A DNA stretch of 64,000 bases from an uncultured bacterium (GTDB lineage: Bacteria; Patescibacteriota; Minisyncoccia; Phycocordibacterales; UBA11359), in contig CAIKZC010000001.1 in assembly GCA_903831815.1 (NCBI GenBank), positions 20,188 through 84,187 of the forward strand. The letters run 5' to 3'. The position numbers and the translations under genes were made by a program. The notes beneath the pieces were generated by a model, which was given only the letters and a program-made list of their open reading frames with translations, was not told the DNA's origin and made no database searches. Below, in pieces: positions 9,446-19,176 of the stretch. How positions within the stretch are numbered: the stretch's first letter is position 1; each line of letters begins with the position of its first letter.

Positions 9446-10498
9446 ATGATAGATACTGTTAAATTCTTAATACCCATGACTGATCAAACCATAATTGATC
9501 AACTTAAACATACCCTAAAACGCTTTAAAAAAGATGATATGAAAACTGGCGAAATAGAATTTGAGTTTTTTAGCAGTAACATCGAGCTTGGCTCATACCA
9601 CCGAACTGTGGCAATTAAATCAACAGAATTACCACTCGGATTTTTCATTGAATTCTCAGCTCCTAAATATTCTAAGGGTAACAATGTTGAAATGATATAT
9701 CCCCATGAACTGCCGGAAATAGTAGCGAAACTATACGATGAATTATGCACCCACATGAACTACAAGCTCCCTGACTTTAACCTCTGGCCTGTATATCGTT
9801 TAGACGTCTGCTACAACTGGCTTTTCAAAGATGAAAGTGAAGCTATGTATGCCATGAACTTTCTGCGCCGTATCGACTACCCCCGAAAAAAGAAACATAC
9901 CTACGACACATCCGTCATGTACCAAGGTTCTGCCTACACGGTCAAATTCTATTTAAAAGGTGCCGAGTTTAAAGTTAACGATTCCAAGAAAATCGAATTC
10001 AAGCGAGCGGTCAATCTACAATCATGGGCTAACCGGATTGTGCGGTTTGAAGTGAACCTAAAGAAAACATACCTACAACAGACATTTTTAGTGGACAAAG
10101 TATATTTACAAAATATTATTGATGATACTGTTATCGAACAAATCCTAAAATATTATTTAGAAGACAAAGTCTTTAAATATCTCAACATCAACTCCATGAC
10201 GGATGAAAATATCAAGCAAATTCTTTTTGAAAATTTCACTAAGACAAAATCCATGCGACTATATCAATTTTACAAGGGTTTCTTTTTTGATACCGAGATT
10301 AAAGATATGTTAATTTCCGGTGGTCTCAATCGCAGTACCATATACCGTTACAAAACTGATCTGAAGCGTGTCGGGGTTGGTATCTCACTTGAGAAACTAC
10401 CCGAAAGTAAGAATATTTTAGAGCAGTTAGTCATTCCATCCCCAAATTCACAATTTAATTTGATTGATTATGTTGATTATAAAATTTTAGAAGCATAA
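9446..10498 (+). CDS. rolling-circle replication initiator, Rep_trans (pT181 RepC-like) family
   Basis: 350 aa. Three blocks match pT181 RepC motifs: YRLDVCYNW (cf. TRLDLAFDF), YTVKFYLKG (cf. RFIRIYNK) and RIVRFEVNLKK (cf. WRVEIELKR). Confidence 0.55.
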   Translation: MIDTVKFLIPMTDQTIIDQLKHTLKRFKKDDMKTGEIEFEFFSSNIELGSYHRTVAIKSTELPLGFFIEFSAPKYSKGNNVEMIYPHELPEIVAKLYDELCTHMNYKLPDFNLWPVYRLDVCYNWLFKDESEAMYAMNFLRRIDYPRKKKHTYDTSVMYQGSAYTVKFYLKGAEFKVNDSKKIEFKRAVNLQSWANRIVRFEVNLKKTYLQQTFLVDKVYLQNIIDDTVIEQILKYYLEDKVFKYLNINSMTDENIKQILFENFTKTKSMRLYQFYKGFFFDTEIKDMLISGGLNRSTIYRYKTDLKRVGVGISLEKLPESKNILEQLVIPSPNSQFNLIDYVDYKILEA

Positions 10499-10508
10499 TA
10501 TAGCAACC

Positions 10509-11960
10509 ATGAAATACATTCTCTATTGCAGAAAATCAACCGAGTCGGAAGACAGACAGATTCTGTCACTTGATTCTCAAAAAGATGAGCTAACAAAGCT
10601 TGCTACCAATCAAGGTTTTCAAATCGTCAAAACCCTGCAAGAAAGCAAATCAGCTAAAGCACCCGGCAGACCTGTATTCAATGAAATGCTGAAACTAATC
10701 GAGACCGGAAAAGCTGACGCGATTCTGTGTTGGAAAATAGATCGCCTGGCTCGCAACCCAGTGGACGGCGGACAGATACAATGGCTGTTACAAAATAGCA
10801 AAATAAAATGTATTCAAACTTTTGAAAAATGCTACTATCCCAACGACAATGTTCTCCTCATGTCTATCGAACAAGCCATGGCTTCGCAATACATCAGAGA
10901 CTTAAGCACCAACGTCAAACGTGGCAACCGAGCCAAACTCGAAAAAGGTGTCTGGCCAAATCGTCCTCCATTCGGATATGACAATGACCGATTAAACAAA
11001 ACGATAATCGTTGATCAAGAAAATTCAAAATATCTCATTCGGGCTTTTGAACTCTACTCCACCGGCAGTTATGGTTTCAAAGAAATCGGCAACATACTAT
11101 ACAAAGAAGGACTACGAACAAAAACTGGCAAGAAATTCTTTTCTGGCAAAATACATAAATTTATAAGTAACCCATTTTACTATGGTGTCATGCGCATGGA
11201 CGGCAAACTATACAACGGCACTCATACGCCACTCATCTCAAAAGAGTTATTCGATCAAACTCAAGACGTGCTACACAACAGAAACAGACCACGACCTAAA
11301 AATCACTTCTTCCCACTTCGGGGATTTATGTCCTGTGAAGTCTGCGGCTGTTCATTAACCGCTTCGCTTAAAAAAGGTCATCACTATTACTACTGCACCA
11401 ACAGCAAAGGTGTCTGCACCGAACACAAAACCTACATGCGAGAGAGCAAACTATATCCTATCGTGGCTTCACTTTTTGAAAAGCTCAACCTGGATGAAGA
11501 AACTATTGAAATGATGTACCAAGCCGCTAAAGAGGAGACCGGCCACGCCACTGAATACTCAACCACCACTCTTTCTTCCCTTCAAAGTAACTTAAATGCC
11601 CTCACAGCAAAAGAAAGCAAACTACTTGATACTTTGCTCGCTGAACATATTACACAGGAGGTATACCACGACAAGGCTATTGAAATACAGAACGAGAAAG
11701 TCACACTAAAGAAACAAATCGCCGATCTTGAACTGAAAAGCAAAAACATTATTTCCACCTTGGAACCAACCAAAGAAATCTTTTTACGAGCAAGTAGAGC
11801 CAAAAAAGAGTTTATCGCCGGCGATGATTCAAAAAAGCGTGATATAGTAGAAACTATACTTTGGGACCTTTCGATGAAAGAACAGAAAATGGCTCAATAC
11901 AAGTTTAAAAGTCCGTATGCGAGCTTCCTAAAACTGCCTAAAAAAACCCGTCTTTTTTAG
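10509..11960 (+). CDS. large serine recombinase (resolvase/integrase)
   Basis: 483 aa. N-terminal catalytic domain with YCRKSTE (active Ser), central recombinase domain, Cys-rich zinc ribbon (CEVCGCS...YYYCTNSKGVC) and C-terminal coiled coil. Confidence 0.85.
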   Translation: MKYILYCRKSTESEDRQILSLDSQKDELTKLATNQGFQIVKTLQESKSAKAPGRPVFNEMLKLIETGKADAILCWKIDRLARNPVDGGQIQWLLQNSKIKCIQTFEKCYYPNDNVLLMSIEQAMASQYIRDLSTNVKRGNRAKLEKGVWPNRPPFGYDNDRLNKTIIVDQENSKYLIRAFELYSTGSYGFKEIGNILYKEGLRTKTGKKFFSGKIHKFISNPFYYGVMRMDGKLYNGTHTPLISKELFDQTQDVLHNRNRPRPKNHFFPLRGFMSCEVCGCSLTASLKKGHHYYYCTNSKGVCTEHKTYMRESKLYPIVASLFEKLNLDEETIEMMYQAAKEETGHATEYSTTTLSSLQSNLNALTAKESKLLDTLLAEHITQEVYHDKAIEIQNEKVTLKKQIADLELKSKNIISTLEPTKEIFLRASRAKKEFIAGDDSKKRDIVETILWDLSMKEQKMAQYKFKSPYASFLKLPKKTRLF

Positions 11961-11965
11961 AACTG

Positions 11966-12050
11966 CGGAGGGTAGGAGATTCGAACTCCTGAAGGGTTGC
12001 CCCTTACACGCTTTCCAAGCGTGCGTACTAGACCACTATACGAACCCTCC
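11966..12050 (-). tRNA. tRNA-Ser (anticodon GGA), long variable arm
   Basis: Minus-strand cloverleaf: acceptor GGAGGGT/ACCCTCC, anticodon stem CACGC/GCGTG with loop TTGGAAA, long variable arm, T-arm AGGAG-TTCGAAT-CTCCT, discriminator G. Confidence 0.85.
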
Positions 12051-12069
12051 CTTTTTCAATAAACATCCA

Positions 12070-12969
12070 CTATACGACATCTTTGCCGCCCAGCAAAATG
12101 CGAACACGATCTTCAACTGGTGGATGTGTGAAAAAAAGTCCGGAGACTTTTTTGCCTAGATTTCCAAAAGGATTGGCAATAAAAAGATGAGCCGTGGCCT
12201 GACTTGCATGTTGCATTTGCATGGAGTTATCGGAAATTTTTCGGAGAGCATTGGCCAAACCTTCGGGATAACGGGTCAATAATGCACCATCGGCATCAGC
12301 TAAATATTCGCGCTTTCGCGAAACGGCTAGTTGAATGATAGTCACGGCGATTGGCGACAAAATTGCCAACACCACGCCAATCAAGATTAAAATTCCATTC
12401 CCGCCTTCCCTATCATTTCCTCGACGAGCGCCACCAAACATCATTCCACGAAGAAAAATATGAGAAAGGATACTGACAAAACCGACGAGAACAATTACAA
12501 TAGTTGAGATGAGGATGTCGCGGTTACCGATGTGAGAAAGCTCGTGGGCAATGACGCCTTCGAGCTCGGTTTTATTCAAAATTTGCAAAAGTCCAGAGGT
12601 AACCGCGACCGCCGCATGCTCTTTATTTCGTCCAGTCGCAAAAGCATTCGGCGCGTTATCCGAAATAATATAAACACGAGGCATCGGCAATCCGGCCGTA
12701 ATCGACAAATTTTCGACTGTATTCCAAAGATCGGTATTTTGCTCACGAGTTATCGGCTGCGCCCGATACATCGACAGAACAATTTTGTCCGAAAACCAGT
12801 AACTAAAGAAATTCATGAACAAACTAAACACGACGGCAATGAACAAAATGCCGATATTGTCATAAATCATGGCGAAAACATATCCGATAGCGATGATTAC
12901 CACCAAAAAAGTGATCATCAACAACCATGTCTTCCAAACATTTTTTGATTGTTCGTGATAGATATCCAT
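12070..12969 (-). CDS. htpX: zinc metalloprotease HtpX
   Basis: 299 aa with HELSHI (HExxH) motif and multiple TM helices; M48 family layout. Confidence 0.85.
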   Translation of the reverse strand: MDIYHEQSKNVWKTWLLMITFLVVIIAIGYVFAMIYDNIGILFIAVVFSLFMNFFSYWFSDKIVLSMYRAQPITREQNTDLWNTVENLSITAGLPMPRVYIISDNAPNAFATGRNKEHAAVAVTSGLLQILNKTELEGVIAHELSHIGNRDILISTIVIVLVGFVSILSHIFLRGMMFGGARRGNDREGGNGILILIGVVLAILSPIAVTIIQLAVSRKREYLADADGALLTRYPEGLANALRKISDNSMQMQHASQATAHLFIANPFGNLGKKVSGLFFTHPPVEDRVRILLGGKDVV

Positions 12970-12984
12970 TTCGATTTCAGAGAA

Positions 12985-13542
12985 TTAGAACTTTACTTCG
13001 ACTGGCTGTCGTTCAGCTTCAGATCCCTCAAGATTAAAGAATTCCATTTTTGAGAAATGAAAGGCTCCGGCGATTACATTCCCAGGGAAAACTTCAAGTG
13101 CAGTATTTAGATCGCGAACATTGGTGTTATAGAATCGGCGAGCGGCTTGAATTTTGTTTTCCGTATCCGACAATTCGGTTTGCAAAGCCAAAAAATTTTG
13201 ATTGGCCTTTAACTCCGGGTATGCCTCAGCGATCGCAAATACCGATTTTAAAGCACCAACGAGATTATTTTCTGCAACTGCTTTGTCGGCCAGATTACCT
13301 GCACCCATGGCTGCAGCCCGAGCTTGCGTCACCTTTTCAAAAGCCGTACTTTCGTGTGTCGCATAACCTTTCACCGTGTTCACAAGGTTAGGAATAAGGT
13401 CATATCGACGCTTCAATTGCACATCAATGTCAGCCCAAGCTTCCTTAGCTCGATTTACGAACGTAACGAACCGATTATACGAAAACATGAGCCAAATAAG
13501 CACAATTACTACTATTGCCACAATAATATAGATAAAAGTCAT
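12985..13542 (-). CDS. lemA: LemA family protein
   Basis: 185 aa with N-terminal TM helix and the LemA region (KRRYDLIPNLVNTVKGYATHE). Confidence 0.8.
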   Translation of the reverse strand: MTFIYIIVAIVVIVLIWLMFSYNRFVTFVNRAKEAWADIDVQLKRRYDLIPNLVNTVKGYATHESTAFEKVTQARAAAMGAGNLADKAVAENNLVGALKSVFAIAEAYPELKANQNFLALQTELSDTENKIQAARRFYNTNVRDLNTALEVFPGNVIAGAFHFSKMEFFNLEGSEAERQPVEVKF

Positions 13543-13635
13543 AAAAAGTGATGATTAAATGATAACCTAAATAATACCCAAGTATTATAGCACAAAACTT
13601 GCCAACTTTCCCCTATTCTGATAAGCTTTTACCTA

Positions 13636-13872
13636 ATGCAATTTCTGGCACGAATATTACCTTATATACAGCTAATCCTATCGGCGATCCTTATAGCCGT
13701 AGTTTTGCTTCAGCAATCCGATTCTTCTTTGGGTGGCGCTTTTGGCGGAGGAGATGACGCTGGCGGAATCCAACACACACGCCGCGGCTCTGAAAAAGTC
13801 CTCTTCAATACTACAATCGTTACGGGCATTTTGTTTACCGTCGCTGCTTTTATTGCATTAGTTATACGATAA
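13636..13872 (+). CDS. secG: preprotein translocase subunit SecG
   Basis: 78 aa, two TM helices separated by a Gly-rich loop (LLQQSDSSLGGAFGGG), classic SecG. Confidence 0.75.
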   Translation: MQFLARILPYIQLILSAILIAVVLLQQSDSSLGGAFGGGDDAGGIQHTRRGSEKVLFNTTIVTGILFTVAAFIALVIR

Positions 13873-13888
13873 AATCGTTTCTCTTAGC

Positions 13889-15598
13889 GTGAATAACCTC
13901 AAAAAAACACTCCATTCATTTTCTTTTGCCGAAAAGATCATCTTTTCATTTTTTGTCGCACTTTTCATCGGAAGCAGTTTATACGTACTTTCAATAATCA
14001 ATAAACATTTTTCCGTCCAAGTTCCGATAGAAGGTGGCACATTGACCGAAGGAGTTATTGGATATGTCGGCTTTATCAACCCCGTTCTTGCAGTAACTGA
14101 CTCGGGACGTGACCTAACCGAACTTATTTACTCCGGACTTATGAAAGCAACTTCCGCGGGCACCCTCGTTCCGGAATTGGCGGAAAGTTACAACATTTCG
14201 GATGACGGACTTAATTACACATTCGTTTTAAAAAACAATATCTTTTTTCATGATGGCACTCCGATAACCGCCGATGATGTGATTTTCACGATCCAAAAAG
14301 TTCAGGATCCGGCTCTTAAAAGTCCCTCAAAACCAAATTGGGACGGTGTGACGGTCAAGAAGATCGACGACCGCACGGTTTCATTTACTCTCGCAAAGCC
14401 ATACGCGCCATTTTTGGAAAATACCACATTAGGAATCATCCCAAAACATATTTGGAAAAATGCCAGCGATGATGAATTTACCTATAGTCAATACAACTTC
14501 GAACCTATTGGTTCCGGCCCATACAAGCTTTACAGTATAGAACGCAACTCATCCGGAATCCCACAAAATTACGATCTTGTACCATTCGATAAATATCCTC
14601 TTGGTAGCCCATACATTTCACATATCATCGTAAAAAGTTTTACGAACGAAAAAAGCATGATTGAAGCTTACCAACAAGGCGATATCCAAAGTATGTATGA
14701 CATATCTCCGCAAGTTGCGAAATCGGTCAGTCGCAGAGATAGTCAGATCTATACAACCTCACTACCCCGCGTTTTTGGCATATTCTTCAATCAAAACGAA
14801 GCTCCTGTCCTTGCAAATAAAGAGGTTAGACAAGCTTTGCAACTTGCCACAGACCGACAAGCGATCATAGACAACGTTCTGGGTGGTTACGGCGCAGTTA
14901 TTACTGATCCGATTCCGCCGGGTGCATTGCCAGCCGGCGCCGACCTGCCGACAACTGTGGCCTCAACTTCAATCGATGGAGCAAAGAAAATTTTGACCGG
15001 CGCCGGCTGGACCCCTGATGCAAACGGCATTATGCAAAAAAAGATCGGCAAAAGTACAATCGCTTTGCGTCTTTCAATTTCAACTTCCGACACGCCGGAG
15101 TTAGTTCAAGCCGCCAATATGGTCAAAGTGATGTGGCAAAAAATCGGCGCAGACGTTTCGGTTAAGATTTTTGAAACCGGCGAACTTAATCAAAGTGTTA
15201 TTCGTCCTCGCAAATACGACGCTTTGCTTTTTGGTGAAATTATCGGTCGCGATCTTGATCTTTATGCATTTTGGCATTCATCCGGTCGTCTTGATCCCGG
15301 TCTCAACATCGCAGAATACGTCAACGTCAAAGCTGACAAGATCTTGGAAAACGCACGCACAATCACCGACATGCAAAAAAGACTTGATCAATATGCCGCA
15401 TTTGAAACAGAAGTGAGAAACGACATTCCGGCCATTTTCCTTTATGCTCCAGATTTTATTTATATATTGCCGAAAAATATTCAAGGAGTGACTCTTGGAT
15501 CGGTCACCACGCCATCAGAAAGATTCTCGAGTGTCTCGGATTGGTACATCGACACCGAAAATGTTTGGAAAATTTTTGTAAGAACTGCCCCAAATTAA
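13889..15598 (+). CDS. ABC transporter substrate-binding protein, family 5 (peptide/nickel type)
   Basis: 569 aa with N-terminal signal anchor; length and motif pattern of SBP_bac_5 (OppA/DppA-like). Confidence 0.75.
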   Translation: MNNLKKTLHSFSFAEKIIFSFFVALFIGSSLYVLSIINKHFSVQVPIEGGTLTEGVIGYVGFINPVLAVTDSGRDLTELIYSGLMKATSAGTLVPELAESYNISDDGLNYTFVLKNNIFFHDGTPITADDVIFTIQKVQDPALKSPSKPNWDGVTVKKIDDRTVSFTLAKPYAPFLENTTLGIIPKHIWKNASDDEFTYSQYNFEPIGSGPYKLYSIERNSSGIPQNYDLVPFDKYPLGSPYISHIIVKSFTNEKSMIEAYQQGDIQSMYDISPQVAKSVSRRDSQIYTTSLPRVFGIFFNQNEAPVLANKEVRQALQLATDRQAIIDNVLGGYGAVITDPIPPGALPAGADLPTTVASTSIDGAKKILTGAGWTPDANGIMQKKIGKSTIALRLSISTSDTPELVQAANMVKVMWQKIGADVSVKIFETGELNQSVIRPRKYDALLFGEIIGRDLDLYAFWHSSGRLDPGLNIAEYVNVKADKILENARTITDMQKRLDQYAAFETEVRNDIPAIFLYAPDFIYILPKNIQGVTLGSVTTPSERFSSVSDWYIDTENVWKIFVRTAPN

Positions 15599-15650
15599 AT
15601 TATTAAACTTTAAAAAAATTAATTATTAAAAATAAAAACAGAGAGAAAAT

Positions 15651-17576
15651 ATGGAAAAATCATACAATAATAAAGTAGTGGCGTTAGCGCGTGGAGCGGC
15701 AGCAGCGCATGCGGCGTCAACAAATACAACAACGACACCTCCGACAATGCCGCGCGTACCAATATCGCCTGCCATGACGACCCAAAAAAACGCCGGTCAC
15801 CGCATGGAAAACCGCAAACACGGCCGTCGAATGAGTCATGAACGCCGACCTACTACCAGTGCACCCAGAAAAGTAAAAGACGAAAATGTCATAATCCCAC
15901 CTATCGGAGATAACATCCGCATAATTACAATCGGCGGAGTGGAAGAGATCGGCAAGAATATGACCGCTATTCAATACAAAGACGATATCGTCGTTATTGA
16001 TGCCGGTATTCAATTTAGTACCGAGGATACTCCCGGCATTGATTACATTTTGCCAAATACCAAATATCTAGAAGACAACAAGGAAAAAATCCGTGCTGTG
16101 GTTATCACACACGGTCACTTGGATCATATCGGCGGATTGCCGTATATCATGGACCGCATCGGCAATCCGCCGATTTACACTCGCGAATTCGCTTCTTTGC
16201 TCATCAAAAAGCGTTTTACCGAATTCCCTAACCTACCAGAACTCAATTTAAAAATTGTTGAAAAAGACGACGGATCCTTACCAATCGGCAAACACTTAAA
16301 AATCAGGTTTTTTGGGTTAACCCACTCAATTCCAGATTCAACGGGCGTAATTATTGAAACACCATACGGCGACATCGTAAACACCGGTGACGTGCGTGTT
16401 GATAATACCGATGGAGTGCCAACCGAAAACGAATTAAAACAATACGAGATTTTCAAAAATCGTAAAATACTTTTGCTTACCATGGATTCGACCGGTATCG
16501 ATAAACCGGGTTGGGCTATGTCCGAAAAACATATTTTGGCTAACATCGACAAGATTGTTTCTACGGTTCCGGGCCGAATTATTATCGCCACCTTTGCTTC
16601 TCAAGTTGAACGTATCATCGAATTCTTAAACATTGCCAAAAAATACGGTAAAAAAGTTGTCATCGAAGGCCGTAGCATGAAAGTCAACGTTGAAATCATC
16701 AAACATCTTAAACTGGCCGACACAAAACACATCGTACCTCTCGAGGAAGTTGAAAAACATCCGCCACACAAAATTATGATGCTCGCTACCGGCGCACAAG
16801 GCGAAGAATTTGCCGCTCTAATGCGTATGTCCAATAAGTCTCATAAATATATTCGTCTCAACAGCACTGACACAATTATTTTATCTTCTTCGGTTATTCC
16901 GGGTAATGAACGTTCAGTGACCACGCTCAAAGATAACCTGTTCCGACATGATTGCCACATCATCACCTATCTAGATTCTGATGTACACACCTCAGGTCAC
17001 GGTAAACGTGGAGAATTGGAATGGATTCACAAACAAATTCCTTACAAATTCTTTATGCCGGTACACGGTCACCATTTCATGCTAAAAATGCATGCTGAAT
17101 TGGCCGTGGGACTCGGCACTAAACGCGAAAACGTCGTTGTACCCGACAACGGCAACATCATCGAACTTTTTGATGAAGGCCGACAAATCAGAAAATTAAA
17201 AGAAAAAGTCGCTTCAAATCCAATAATGGTTGACGGTTTTTCTGTCGGAAATATTCAAGAAGTAGTCATTCGCGATCGCCAAATGTTGGCGCAGGATGGT
17301 ATGTTCGTCATCATTGCAACAATCAACAGCTCGAACGGTAAACTTCGCAAGTCTCCGGATATTATTTCTCGCGGTTTCGTCTATTTACGTGAATCACAAG
17401 ACCTGCTTCGACAAGCTCGATTCATCATCAAGAAAACTATTGAAGATTCAACCAACGGCATGAATCCAATTAACTTTGACTTCGTCAAAACTAACGTCAC
17501 CGACGAGCTCAGCAAATTTCTCTTCCAAGAAACCGCCAAACGCCCGATCGTCATCCCTGTGATTTTGGGAATATAA
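15651..17576 (+). CDS. rnj: ribonuclease J (beta-CASP metallo-beta-lactamase RNase) with Ala/Pro/Arg-rich N-terminal extension
   Basis: 641 aa with the HGHLDHIGG metallo-beta-lactamase motif, a beta-CASP region and an RNase J C-terminal domain. The first ~90 aa are low complexity, so the true start may be internal. Confidence 0.85.
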   Translation: MEKSYNNKVVALARGAAAAHAASTNTTTTPPTMPRVPISPAMTTQKNAGHRMENRKHGRRMSHERRPTTSAPRKVKDENVIIPPIGDNIRIITIGGVEEIGKNMTAIQYKDDIVVIDAGIQFSTEDTPGIDYILPNTKYLEDNKEKIRAVVITHGHLDHIGGLPYIMDRIGNPPIYTREFASLLIKKRFTEFPNLPELNLKIVEKDDGSLPIGKHLKIRFFGLTHSIPDSTGVIIETPYGDIVNTGDVRVDNTDGVPTENELKQYEIFKNRKILLLTMDSTGIDKPGWAMSEKHILANIDKIVSTVPGRIIIATFASQVERIIEFLNIAKKYGKKVVIEGRSMKVNVEIIKHLKLADTKHIVPLEEVEKHPPHKIMMLATGAQGEEFAALMRMSNKSHKYIRLNSTDTIILSSSVIPGNERSVTTLKDNLFRHDCHIITYLDSDVHTSGHGKRGELEWIHKQIPYKFFMPVHGHHFMLKMHAELAVGLGTKRENVVVPDNGNIIELFDEGRQIRKLKEKVASNPIMVDGFSVGNIQEVVIRDRQMLAQDGMFVIIATINSSNGKLRKSPDIISRGFVYLRESQDLLRQARFIIKKTIEDSTNGMNPINFDFVKTNVTDELSKFLFQETAKRPIVIPVILGI

Positions 17577-17577
17577 C

Positions 17578-17949
17578 TTATTTCCACTCACCTCTCTGAT
17601 CGTCAAAAATAGCAACCCTATCACCACCGACAACTTCACCATCCTGAAAATATTCAACATCGATGGAAGTTTCCGATGTTTCAACTCCATTTATCATGAT
17701 ACCTTTTCTGGTATAACAATATTCATTGATAGCACCAAGTTCTTCACCTTTAGCACTTAAATCAAGCCAATAAAGCCCTAAAGCATCGGACACTTCTTCA
17801 AGTATAGTAATTCCTTCCGAAGATTTTAAGTGGTGCATGATAATCCCCATAACTTCGGACTTTGTCGGAATTCTCTCACCTCTTCCCTCAATTTGATTTT
17901 CTTTCATACGATAAGTATATATCCTATATATTTCTGAAGCAAAACACAT
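17578..17949 (-). CDS. hypothetical protein
   Basis: 123-aa ORF convergent with rnj; no recognisable motif; start ambiguous (internal Met at MKENQIEG). Confidence 0.3.
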   Translation of the reverse strand: MCFASEIYRIYTYRMKENQIEGRGERIPTKSEVMGIIMHHLKSSEGITILEEVSDALGLYWLDLSAKGEELGAINEYCYTRKGIMINGVETSETSIDVEYFQDGEVVGGDRVAIFDDQRGEWK

Positions 17950-17979
17950 GTTGAAGTTTTAGACTAGTGATATACTAAT

Positions 17980-19173
17980 ATGAGCATGGAACTTATTCCC
18001 CCTGCCCAACCGCAAAAAAAGATCCTTCGAATTTTGTATATTTCGATGTTCTTTTCTTCGTTTCACTATTATATTTTTCTATATATACAGTCGACTTTTC
18101 TCAGCAGATATGTTTCTGAAAATTATTTAAGCTTGATCTACGGTATCGGCGCAATTATTTCGCTCATCACATTATTTTTTGTTCCAAAGATCTTTGGTCG
18201 CATTTCAGATCGTCGCTTTACTCTGATATTGATTAGTATCGAAGCTCTGATATGTCTGACCTTAGCGTTCGGACAATTGGCTTTTTTGATCATTTTTGCC
18301 TTTATTTTCCAACAGGCACTCATACCGGTATTAGCCTTTGCATTAGACGTTCTTCTTGAGGATTATTCGAAAAATAGAGATGTGGGACTGATTAGGGGAA
18401 TTTCATTTACCGCGTCCAACATCGCCTTAGTATCTTCTCCTATCTTGGCAGGATACTTGGGAACGAAATACGGATTTGGAATCATCTTTTACCTATCAAT
18501 ACTTTTCCTATTTCCCCTCTTTATTTTGGTCTTTCGATTGCGCAAAAATCTCCATGAGCCGACATATCACAACCAATCAATCATCGAGACTGTCATAAAA
18601 ATACATAACGATTTCTCGGAACGCAGTCGCGACATCCAGCTCATCTTCAAGGTGAATTTTTTGCTTCAATTTTTTTACACTTGGATAGTTATTTATAGTC
18701 CGTTGTATTTGTTACATCAAGGTTTTAATTGGGGTCAAATCGGTATTATTTTCAGCATCATGCTTTTACCATTTCTTTTATTTGAATTGCCACTTGGCAG
18801 AATTGCCGATCGATGGCTCGGAGAAAAAGAAATTCTTGCGATCGGTTTTGCGATCCTTGGAGCCAGCACTATAGCAATCGCGTTTGTTCATTCTCAAAGC
18901 ATGTTGGTCTGGGCGACAGTACTCTTTATGACTCGAGTCGGTGCGAGCTGCATCGAGATCATGTCCGAAACATATTTTTTCAAACAAATACATAAAGACG
19001 ATGCACCGATCATCAGTCTATTTAGATTTACCCGTCCACTATCTCTTCTGGTTGCGCCGATCGCCGCCGCATTCACGATTTTAGTTGTCGGCGAAACCGG
19101 TGCCTTTCTGATACTCGGAATATTAATGATCTTTGGTTTAAGATTTGTCTATCCACTCGTTGATACGAGATAG
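17980..19173 (+). CDS. MFS transporter
   Basis: 397 aa with about 12 hydrophobic segments and a GRISDRRF-type MFS loop motif. Confidence 0.7.
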   Translation: MSMELIPPAQPQKKILRILYISMFFSSFHYYIFLYIQSTFLSRYVSENYLSLIYGIGAIISLITLFFVPKIFGRISDRRFTLILISIEALICLTLAFGQLAFLIIFAFIFQQALIPVLAFALDVLLEDYSKNRDVGLIRGISFTASNIALVSSPILAGYLGTKYGFGIIFYLSILFLFPLFILVFRLRKNLHEPTYHNQSIIETVIKIHNDFSERSRDIQLIFKVNFLLQFFYTWIVIYSPLYLLHQGFNWGQIGIIFSIMLLPFLLFELPLGRIADRWLGEKEILAIGFAILGASTIAIAFVHSQSMLVWATVLFMTRVGASCIEIMSETYFFKQIHKDDAPIISLFRFTRPLSLLVAPIAAAFTILVVGETGAFLILGILMIFGLRFVYPLVDTR

Positions 19174-19176
19174 AAA

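Larger units (their letters stand above)
8110..11965 (+). mobile_element. putative integrated rolling-circle plasmid-like / integrative element next to tRNA-Ser (Rep_trans initiator + large serine recombinase)
   Basis: A four-gene block on the strand opposite to both flanks: hypothetical, small ORF, Rep_trans-like initiator with upstream hairpins/palindrome, and serine recombinase. It ends 5 bp from the 3' end of tRNA-Ser. The left boundary is uncertain. Confidence 0.4.

Noticed and set aside
11961-12060. Search for a tRNA-Ser 3'-end direct repeat at the left side of the putative integrated element (7200-8200)
   Set aside because: Only a weak resemblance (ctgcgg...ttcgaa) near 7267-7300. Serine recombinases use short core sites without long duplications, so the absence of a repeat is not informative and no att site is claimed.
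12532-13551. ORFs 12532-12948(+), 13050-13391(+), 13324-13551(+) opposite htpX and lemA
   Set aside because: Antisense to genes with strong family motifs; Arg/Asn-rich low-complexity translations.
15651-15920. Possibility that the GC-rich 5' end of rnj is a separate gene or foreign insert
   Set aside because: The reading frame is continuous into the conserved RNase J core and the GC-richness is explained by its Ala/Pro/Arg/Thr-rich low-complexity composition. It is kept as an N-terminal extension with an uncertain start.
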